Source: the human T2T-CHM13v2.0 reference genome, Homo sapiens
DNA length: 64,000 bases
Assembly: GCF_009914755.1 (NCBI RefSeq)
Contig: NC_060939.1
Reading direction: 5' to 3' (one strand)
The position numbers and the translations under genes are program-made. Within the stretch, counting starts at the first letter, position 1. Each line of letters starts with the position of its first letter. Positions 1 through 11,200 of this stretch are shown in pieces. The notes under the pieces are model-generated. The model was not told the DNA's origin. It was given only the letters and a program-made list of their open reading frames with translations, and did no database searches.

Positions 1-180
1 CAGTTGATATCAATCCATTCGATTCCATTCCATTCGAGCACATTCCATTCGAGTCCATTCCATTCGATGCCATTCCATTTGATTCTATTCCATTAGTCTC
101 CATTCAATTCCATTAATCTCCATTCCATTCCATTCTACTCCAACTGATTCCATTCCATTCTATTCCTTTCCATTCCATTT

Positions 181-220
181 CATTCCATTCCATTCCATTC
201 CATTCCATTCCATTCCATTC
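181..220 (+). repeat. Variable-length pure (CATTC)n tract present once per unit, just before GTGTCC
   Basis: 8 copies at 181-220, 5 at 9179-9203, 9 at 28927-28971, 10 (one AATTC) at 5601-5650. Confidence 0.9.
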
Positions 221-490
221 GTGTCCATTCCACTCCAGTCCATTCCATTCGTATCCATTCCATTCCAGTCCATTCCATTTGTGTCCACTGCATTCCATTC
301 CACTCCATTCCATATTATTCCATTACACTCCATTCCATTCTATTACTTTCATTTCCATTCAATTCCATTCCATTTCATTCCATTCCACTCGGTTTCATTC
401 CATTTGAGTCCACTCCATTCCATTCCATTCCATTCAGTTCCATTCCATTCTGTTCCATTCCATTCCGTTCCATTACATTCCATTCCATTC

Positions 491-2294
491 GGTACCATTC
501 CATATTGTTCCATTCGATTCCATTCGAATCCATTCCATTCCAGTCCATTCCATTCGATTCCATTCCATTCATTTCAATTCCATTCCATTCCATTCCATTA
601 CATTCCACTTGATTCCTCTCCATTCCCTTCCACTGCATTCCGTTCGATTCCATTCCATTGCATTGCATTCCATTCCATTGGATTGCATTCCATTGGATTG
701 CATTCCATTCGATTCCATTCCATTCGAATCAATTACGTAGCAATCCATTACATTCGAGTCTATTCTCTTCCGTTCCATTCGATTTCGTTCCAATCCATTC
801 GATTCCATTCCATTCGATTCCATTCCATACTATTGCATTCCATTCGATTACATTATATTCGAATAAGTTCCATTCAAGACCATTTCTTTTGAGTCCATTC
901 TATTTGAGTCCATTCCCTTTGATTCCATAACATTTGAGTCCATTCAATTCCATTCCTTTCGTTTCCATTCCATTTGATGCCATTCCATTCAATTCTGTTC
1001 TACTCGACTCCAATACATTCAATTCCATTCCATCCGATTCCATTACATTCTTTTCATTTCTTATCCATTTCAAGCCATTCCACTCCATTCCATTCCACTC
1101 GTTTCCTTTCCATTCGAGTCCATTCCTCTCCAGTCCATTCCGTTCAATCCATTCCATTCCAGTCCATTTCATTCGAGTCCGTTCCATTCCAGTCCATTCC
1201 ATTCGAGTCAATTCCATCCCATTCGATGTCTTTCCATAACGATCCATTCCATTCTATTCCTTTCGATTCCATTCCATTCTATTTCATTCCATTCGATTTC
1301 CTTCCATTGGACTCCTTTCCATTCGAGTGCATTCCATTCCGTTCCATTTCTTTCCGTTCTGTACGATTCCTACCGTTCGATTTCATTTTGTTCCAGTCCA
1401 TTCCTTTCGCGTCCATTCCATTCCGTTTCACTCCATTCGATTCCATTCCACTCGATTCCACTTCGTTCCATTTCATTGCATTCCATTCTATTCAACTCTA
1501 TTGCCTTCCATTCCATTCCATTCGATTACATTCCATGCGATTCCATTCGAAATCGAATCAATTACATTGCAATCCATTACTATTGAGTCCATTTTATTCC
1601 AGTCCACTGCATTCTGGTCCATTCCATTTGATTCCATTCCATTCTATTCCATTCCATACAGTTGCATTCCATTGGATTCCATTCTATATCTATAAATTCA
1701 ATTCGAGACCATTGCTTTTGAGTCCATTCTATATGATTCCATTCCATTCAAGTCCATTACATTTGGTTCAATTCCATTCCATTCCATTCCCTTCCATTCC
1801 ATTCCAGTTGATATCAATCCATTCGATTCCATTCCATTCGAGCACATTCCATTCGAGTCCATTCCATTCGATGCCATTCCATTTGATTCTATTCCATTAG
1901 TCTCCATTCAATTCCATTAATCTCCATTCCATTCAATTCTACTCCAACTGATTCCATTCCATTCTATTCCTTTCCATTCCATTTCATTCCATTCCATTCC
2001 ATTTCATTCCATTCCATTCCATTCGTGTCCATTCCACTCCAGTCCACTCCATTCGTGTCCATTCCATTCCAGTCCATTCCATTTGTGTCCACTGCATTCC
2101 ATTCCACTCCATTCCATATTATTCCATTACACTCCATTCCATTCTATTACTTTCATTTCCATTCAATTCCATTCCATTTGATTCCATTCCACTCGGTTTC
2201 ATTCCATTTGAGTCCACTCCATTCCATTCCATTCCATTCAGTTCCATTCCATTCTGTTCCATTCCATTCCGTTCCATTACATTCCATTCCATTC
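491..2294 (+). repeat. Representative ~1.8-kb higher-order unit (KpnI to KpnI); about 35.5 tandem copies in the window
   Basis: GGTACC at 491 and 2295. One landmark (start of the 'MSPFNS' pseudo-ORF) recurs at 934, 2723, 4531, 6349, 8128, 9903, 11711, 13494, 15289, 17097, 18905, 20713, 22516, 24309, 26103, 27877, 29660, 31468, 33276, 35084, 36887, 38695, 40853, 42632, 44440, ~46598, 48411, 50224, 52027, 53830, 55614, 57388, 59196, 60969 and 62782. Spacings are 1773-1818 bp except two of 2158 bp. Confidence 0.97.
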
Positions 2295-5200
2295 GGTACC
2301 ATTCCATATTGTTCCATTCGATTCCATTCGAATCCATTCCATTCCAGTCCATTCCATTCGATTCCATTCCATTCATTTCAATTCCATTCCATTCCATTCC
2401 ATTACATTCCACTTGATTCCTCTCCATTCCCTTCCAGAGCATTCCGTTCGATTCCATTCCATTGCATTGCATTCCATTCCATTGGATTGCATTCCATTCG
2501 ATTCCATTCCATTCGAATCAATTACATAGCAATCCATTACATTCGAGTCTATTCTCTTCCGTTCCATTCGATTTCGTTCCAATCCATTCGATTCCATTCC
2601 ATTCGATTCCATTCCATACTATTGCATTCCATTCGATTACATTATATTCGAATAAGTTCCATTCAAGACCATTTCTTTTGAGTCCATTCTATTTGAGTCC
2701 ATTCCCTTTGATTCCATAACATTTGAGTCCATTCAATTCCATTCCTTTCGTTTCCATTCCATTTGATGCCATTCCATTCAATTCTGTTCTACTCGACTCC
2801 AATACATTCAATTCCATTCCATCCGATTCCATTACATTCTTTTCATTTCTTATCCATTTCAAGCCATTCCACTCCATTCCATTCCACTCGTTTCCTTTCC
2901 ATTCGAGTCCATTCCTCTCCAGTCCATTCCGTTCAATCCATTCCATTCCAGTCCATTCCATTCGAGTCCGTTCCATTCCAGTCCATTCCATTCGAGTCAA
3001 TTCCATTCCATTCGATGTCTTTCCATAACGATCCATTCCATTCTATTCCTTTCGATTCCATTCCATTCTATTTCATTCCATTCGATTCCCTTCCATTGGA
3101 CTCCTTTCCATTCGAGTGCATTCCATTCCGTTCCATTTCTTTCCGTTCTGTACGATTCCTACCGTTCGATTTCATTTTGTTCCAGTCCATTCTTTCGCGT
3201 CCATTCCATTCCATTTCACTCCATTCGATTCCATTCCACTCGATTCCACTTCGTTCCATTTCATTGCATTCCATTCTATTCAACTCTATTGCCTTCCATT
3301 CCATTCCATTCCATTACATTCCATGCGATTCCATTCGAAATCGAATCAATTACATTGCAATCCATTACTATTGAGTCCGTTTTATTCCAGTCCACTGCAT
3401 TCTGGTCCATTCCATTTGATTCCATTCCATTCTATTCCATTCCATACAGTTGCATTCCATTGGATTCCATGCTATATCTATAAATTCAATTCGAGACCAT
3501 TGCTTTTGAGTCCATTCTATATGATTCCATTCCATTCAAGTCCATTACATTTGGTTAAATTCCATTCCATTCGGTTCAATTCCATTCCATTCCATTCCCT
3601 TCCATTCCATTCCAGTTGATATCAATCCATTCGATTCCATTCCATTCGAGCACATTCCATTCGAGTCCATTCCATTCGATGCCATTCCATTTGATTCTAT
3701 TCCATTAGTCTCCATTCAATTCCATTAATCTCCATTCCATTCCATTCTACTCCAACTGATTCCATTCCATTCTATTCCTTTCCATTCCATTTCATTCCAT
3801 TCCATTCCATTCCATTCCATTCCATTCCATTCGTGTCCATTCCACTCCAGTCCATTCCATTCGTATCCATTCCATTCCAGTCCATTCCATTTGTGTCCAC
3901 TGCATTCCATTCCACTCCATTCCATATTATTCCATTACACTCCATTCCATTCTATTACTTTCATTTCCATTCAATTCCATTCCATTTGATTCCATTCCAC
4001 TCGGTTTCATTCCATTTGAGTCCACTCCATTCCATTCCATTCCATTCAGTTCCATTCCATTCTGTTCCATTCCATTCCGTTCCATTACATTCCATTCCAT
4101 TCGGTACCATTCCATATTGTTCCATTCGATTCCATTCGAATCCATTCCATTCCAGTCCATTCCATTCGATTCCATTCCATTCATTTCAATTCCATTCCAT
4201 TCCATTCCATTACATTCCACTTGATTCCTCTCCATTCCCTTCCACTGCATTCCGTTCGATTCCATTCCATTGCATTGCATTCCATTCTATTGGATTGCAT
4301 TCCATTCGATTCCATTCCATTCGAATCAATTACATAGCAATCCATTACATTCGAGTCTATTCTCTTCCGTTCCATTCGATTTCGTTCCAATCCATTCGAT
4401 TCCATTCCATTCGGTTCCATTCCATACTATTGCATTCCATTCGATTACATTATATTCGAATAAGTTCCATTCAAGACCATTTCTTTTGAGTGCATTCTAT
4501 TTGAGTCCATTCCCTTTGATTCCATAACATTTGAGTCCATTCAATTCCATTCCTTTCGTTTCCATTCCATTTGATGCCATTCCATTCAATTCTGTTCTAC
4601 TCGACTCCAATACATTCAATTCCATTCCATCCGATTCCATTACATTCTTTTCATTTCTTATCCATTTCAAGCCATTCCACTCCATTCCATTCCACTCGTT
4701 TCCTTTCCATTCGAGTCCATTCCTCTCCAGTCCATTCCGTTCAATCCATTCCATTCCAGTCCATTCCATTCGAGTCCGTTCCATTCCAGTCCATTCCATT
4801 CGAGTCAATTCCATTCCATTCGATGTCTTTCCATAACGATCCATTCCATTCTATTCCTTTCGATTCCATTCCATTCTATTTCATTCCATTCGATTCCCTT
4901 CCATTGGACTCCTTTCCATTCGAGTGCATTCCATTCCGTTCCATTTCTTTCCGTTCTGTACGATTCCTACCGTTCGATTTCATTTTGTTCCAGTCCATTC
5001 TTTCGCGTCCATTCCATTCCATTTCACTCCATTCGATTCCATTCCACTCGATTCCACTTCGTTCCATTTCATTGCATTCCATTCCATTCAACTCTATTGC
5101 CTTCCATTCCATTCCCTTCCATTACATTCCATGCGATTCCATTCGAAATCGAATCAATTACATTGCAATCCATTACTATTGAGTCCGTTTTATTCCAGTC

Positions 5201-8200
5201 CACTGCATTCTGGTCCATTCCATTTGATTCCATTCCATTCTATTCCATTCCATACAGTTGCATTCCATTGGATTCCATGCTATATCTATAAATTCAATTC
5301 GAGACCATTGCTTTTGAGTCCATTCTATATGATTCCATTCCATTCAAGTCCATTACATTTGGTTAAATTCCATTCCATTCGGTTCAATTCCATTCCATTC
5401 CATTCCCTTCCATTCCATTCCAGTTGATATCAATCCATTCGATTCCATTCCATTCGAGCACATTCCATTCGAGTCCATTCCATTCGATGCCATTCCATTT
5501 GATTCTATTCCATTAGTCTCCATTCAATTCCATTAATCTCCATTCCATTCCATTCTACTCCAACTGATTCCATTCCATTCTATTCCTTTCCATTCCATTT
5601 CATTCCATTCAATTCCATTCCATTCCATTCCATTCCATTCCATTCCATTCGTGTCCATTCCACTCCAGTCCATTCCATTCGTATCCATTCCATTCCAGTC
5701 CATTCCATTTGTGTCCACTGCATTCCATTCCACTCCATTCCATATTATTCCATTACACTCCATTCCATTCTATTACTTTCATTTCCATTCAATTCCATTC
5801 CATTTGATTCCATTCAACTCGGTTTCATTCCATTTGAGTCCACTCCATTCCATTCCATTCCATTCAGTTCCATTCCATTCTGTTCCATTCCATTCCGTTC
5901 CATTACATTCCATTCCATTCGGTACCATTCCATATTGTTCCATTCGATTCCATTCGAATCCATTCCATTCCAGTCCATTCCATTCGATTCCATTCCATTC
6001 ATTTCAATTCCATTCCATTCCATTCCATTACATTCCACTTGATTCCTCTCCATTCCCTTCCACTGCATTCCGTTCGATTCCATTCCATTGCATTGCATTC
6101 CATTCCATTGGATTGCATTCCATTCGATTCCATTCCATTCGAATCAATTACATAGCAATCCATTACATTCGAGTCTATTCTCTTCCGTTCCATTCGATTT
6201 CGTTCCAATCCATTCGATTCCATTCCATTCGATTCCATTCCATACTATTGCATTCCATTCGATTACATTATATTCGAATAAGTTCCATTCAAGACCATTT
6301 CTTTTGAGTCCATTCTATTTGAGTCCATTCCCTTTGATTCCATAACATTTGAGTCCATTCAATTCCATTCCTTTCGTTTCCATTCCATTTGATGCCATTC
6401 CATTCAATTCTGTTCTACTCGACTCCAATACATTCAATTCCATTCCATCCAATTCCATTACATTCTTTTCATTTCTTATCCATTTCAAGCCATTCCACTC
6501 CATTCCATTCCACTCGTTTCCTTTCCATTCGAGTCCATTCCTCTCCAGTCCATTCCGTTCAATCCATTCCATTCCAGTCCATTCCATTCGAGTCCGTTCC
6601 ATTCCAGTCCATTCCATTCGAGTCAATTCCATTCCATTCGATGTCTTTCCATAACGATCCATTCCATTCTATTCCTTTCGATTCCATTCCATTCTATTTC
6701 ATTCCATTCGATTCCCTTCCATTGGACTCCTTTCCATTCGAGTGCATTCCATTCCGTTCCATTTCTTTCCGTTCTGTACGATTCCTACCGTTCGATTTCA
6801 TTTTGTTCCAGTCCATTCCTTTCGCGTCCATTCCATTCCATTTCACTCCATTCGATTCCATTCCACTCGATTCCACTTCGTTCCATTTCATTGCATTCCA
6901 TTCTATTCAACTCTATTGCCTTCCATTCCATTCCATTCGATTACATTCCATGCGATTCCATTCGAAATCGAATCAATTACATTGCAAACCATTACTATTG
7001 AGTCCGTTTTATTCCAGTCCACTGCATTCTGGTCCATTCCATTTGATTCCATTCCATTCTATTCCATTCCATACAGTTGCATTCCATTGGATTCCATGCT
7101 ATATCTATAAATTCAATTCGTGACCATTGCTTTTGAGTCCATTCTATATGATTCCATTCCATTCAAGTCCATTACATTTGGTTCAATTCCATTCCATTCC
7201 ATTCCCTTTCATTCCATTCCATTTGATATCAATCCATTCGATTCCATTCCATTCGAGCACATTCCATTCGAGTCCATTCCATTCGATGCCATTCCATTTG
7301 ATTCTATTCCATTAGTCTCCATTCAATTCCATTAATCTCCATTCCATTCCATTCTACTCCAACTGATTCCATTCCATTCTATTCCTTTCCATTCCATTTC
7401 ATTCCATTCCATTCCATTCCATTCCATTCCATTCCGTTCGTGTCCATTCCACTCCAGTCCATTCCATTCGTGTCCATTCCATTCCAGTCCATTCCATTTG
7501 TGTCCACTGCATTCCATTCCACTCCATTCCATATTATTCCATTACACTCCATTCCATTCTATTACTTTCTTTTCCATTCAATTTCATTCCATTTGATTCC
7601 ATTCCACTCGGTTTCATTCCATTTGAGTCCACTCCATTCCATTCCATTCCATTCCATTCAGTTCCATTCCATTCCGTTCCATTACATTCCATTCCATTCG
7701 GTACCATTCCATATTGTTCCATTCGATTCCATTCGAATCCATTCCATTCCAGTCCATTCCATTCGATTCCATTCCATTCATTTCAATTCCATTCCATTCC
7801 ATTCCACTCCATTCCACTTGATTCCTCTCCATTCCCTTCCACTGCATTCCGTTCGATTCCATTCCATTGCATTGCATTCCATTCCATTGGATTGCATTCC
7901 ATTCGATTCCATTCCATTCGAATCAATTACATAGCAATCCATTACATTCGAGTCTATTCTATTCCGTTCCATTCGATTTCGTTCCAATCCATTCGATTCC
8001 ATTCCATTCGATTCCATTCCATACTATTGCATTCCATTCGATTACATTATATTCGAATAAGTTCCATTCAAGACCATTTCTTTTGAGTCCATTCTATTTG
8101 AGTCCATTCCCTTTGATTCCATAACATTTGAGTCCATTCAATTCCATTCCTTTCGTTTCCATTCCATTTGATGCCATTCCATTCAATTCTGTTCTACTCG

Positions 8201-11200
8201 ACTCCAATACATTCAATTCCATTCCATCCGATTCCATTACATTCTTTTCATTTCTTATCCATTTCAAGCCATTCCACTCCATTCCATTCCACTCGTTTCC
8301 TTTCCATTCGAGTCCATTCCTCTCCAGTCCATTCCGTTCAATCCATTCCATTCCAGTCCATTCCATTCGAGTCCGATCCATTCCAGTCCATTCCATTCGA
8401 GTCATTTCCATCCCATTCGATGTCTTTCCATAACGATCCATTCCATTCTATTCCTTTCGATTCCATTCCTTTCTATTTCATTCCATTCGATTCCCTTCCA
8501 TTGGACTCCTTTCCATTCGAGTGCATTCCATTCCGTTCCATTTCTTTCCGTTCTGTACGATTCCTACCGTTCGATTTCATTTTGTTCCAGTCCATTCCTT
8601 TCGCGTCCATTCCATTCCATTTCACTCCATTCGATTCCATTCCCCTCGATTCCACTTCGTTCCATTTCATTGCATTCCATTCTATTCAACTCTATTGCCT
8701 TCCATTCCATTCCATTCGATTACATTCCATGCGATTCCATTCGAAATCGAATCAATTACATTGCAATCCATTACTATTGAGTCCATTTTATTCCAGTCCA
8801 CTGCATTCTGGTCCATTCCATTTGATTCCATTCCATTCTATTCCATTCCATACAGTTGCATTCCATTGGATTCCATTGTATATCTATAAATTCAATTCGA
8901 GACCATTGCTTTTGAGTCCATTCTATATGATTCCATTCCATTCAAGTCCATTACATTTGGTTCAATTCCATTCCATTTCATTCCCTTCCATTCCATTCCA
9001 GTTGATATCAATCCATTCGATTCCATTCCATTCGAGCACATTCCATTCGAGTCCATTCCATTCGATGCCATTCCATTTGATTCTATTCCATTAGTCTCCA
9101 TTCAATTCCATTAATCTCCATTCCATTCCATTCTACTCCAACTGATTCCATTCCATTCTATTCCTTTTTATTCCATTTCATTCCATTCCATTCCATTCCA
9201 TTCGTGTCCATTCCACTCCAGTCCATTCCATTCGTATCCATTCCCATTCCAGTCCATTCCATTTGTGTCCACTGCATTCCATTCCACTCCATTCCATATT
9301 ATTCCATTACACTCCATTCCATTCTATTACTTTCATTTCCATTCAATTCCATTCCATTTGATTCCATTCCACTCGGTTTCATTCCATTTGAGTCCACTCC
9401 ATTCCATTCCATTCCATTCAGTTCCATTCCATTCTGTTCCATTCCATTCCGTTCCGTTACATTCCATTCCATTCGGTACCATTCCATATTGTTCCATTCG
9501 ATTCCATTCGAATCCATTCCATTCCAGTCCATTCCATTCGATTCCATTCCATTCATTTCAATTCCATTCCATTCCATTCCATTCCATTCCACTTGATTCC
9601 TCTCCATTCCCTTCCACTGCATTCCGTTCGATTCCATTCCATTGCATTGCATTCCATTCCATTGGATTGCATTCCATTCGATTCCATTCCATTCGAATCA
9701 ATTACGTAGCAATCCATTACATTCGAGTGTATTCTCTTCCGTTCCATTCGATTTCGTTCCAATCCATTCGATTCCATTCCATTCGATTCCATTCCATACT
9801 ATTGCATTCCATTCGATTACATTATATTCGAATAAGTTCCATTCAAGACCATTTCTTTTGAGTCCATTCTATTTGAGTCCATTCCCTTTGATTCCATAAC
9901 ATTTGAGTCCATTCAATTCCATTCCTTTCGTTTCCATTCCATTTGATGCCATTCCATTCAATTCTGTTCTACTCGACTCCAATACATTCAATTCCATTCC
10001 ATCCGATTCCATTACATTCTTTTCATTTCTTATCCATTTCAAGCCATTCCACTCCATTCCATTCCACTCGTTTCCTTTCCATTCGAGTCCATTCCTCTCC
10101 AGTCCATTCCGTTCAATCCATTCCATTCCAGTCCATTCCATTCGAGTCCGTTCCATTCCAGTCCATTCCATTCGAGTCAATTCCATTCCATTCGATGTCT
10201 TTCCATAACGATCCATTCCATTCTATTCCTTTCGATTCCATTCCATTCTATTTCATTCCATTCGATTCCCTTCCATTGGACTCCTTTCCATTCGAGTGCA
10301 TTCCATTCCGTTCCATTTCTTTCCGTTCTGTACGATTCCTACCGTTCGATTTCATTTTCTTCCAGTCCATTCTTTCGCGTCCATTCCATTCCATTTCACT
10401 CCATTCGATTCCATTCCACTCGATTCCACTTCGTTCCATTTCATTGCATTCCATTCTATTCAACTCTATTGCCTTCCATTCCATTCCATTCGATTACATT
10501 CCATGCGATTCCATTCGAAATCGAATCAATTACATTGCAATCCATTACTATTGAGTCCGTTTTATTCCAGTCCACTGCATTCTGGTCCATTCCATTTGAT
10601 TCCATTCCATTCTATTCCATTCCATACAGTTGCATTCCATTGGATTCCATGCTATATCTATAAATTCAATTCGAGACCATTGCTTTTGAGTCCATTCTAT
10701 ATGATTCCATTCCATTCAAGTCCATTACATTTGGTTAAATTCCATTCCATTCGGTTCAATTCCATTCCATTCCATTCCCTTCCATTCCATTCCAGTTGAT
10801 ATCAATCCATTCGATTCCATTCCATTCGAGCACATTCCATTCGAGTCCATTCCATTCGATGCCATTCCATTTGATTCTATTCCATTAGTCTCCATTCAAT
10901 TCCATTAATCTCCATTCCATTCCATTCTACTCCAACTGATTCCATTCCATTCTATTCCTTTCCATTCCATTTCATTCCATTCCATTCCATTCCATTTCGT
11001 TCCATTCCATTCGTGTCCATTCCACTCCAGTCCATTCCATTCGTATCCATTCCATTCCAGTCCATTCCATTTGTGTCCACTGCATTCCATTCCACTCCAT
11101 TCCATATTATTCCATTACACTCCATTCCATTCTATTACTTTCATTTCCATTCAATTCCATTCCATTTGATTCCATTCCACTCGGTTTCATTCCATTTGAG

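Noticed and set aside
855-872. Possible heat-shock element in TTCGAATAAGTTC or TTCGAAATCGAATC
   Set aside because: The spacing does not fit the canonical alternating nGAAnnTTCnnGAAn array.
900-1247. Conserved 115-aa - strand ORF (MDRYGKTS..., poly-MEWNG)
   Set aside because: Its conservation equals that of the surrounding satellite. The peptide resembles the poly-WNGME product of SCA31 UGGAA repeats only because the pentamer is the same. Nothing here indicates expression.
1685-1700. TATA-like TATATCTATAAA once per unit
   Set aside because: It aligns with TATATTCGAATAAG in the other half-unit as decayed pentamers, and there is no other promoter evidence.
974-1900. Long + strand ORFs up to 308 aa (poly-HSIPF-like), repeated in every unit
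   Set aside because: (CATTC)n has no stop codon in any frame. The ORFs overlap in several frames, many use non-ATG starts, no domain is recognisable, and they are freely frameshifted by the 1-bp polymorphism near TTTCGCG.
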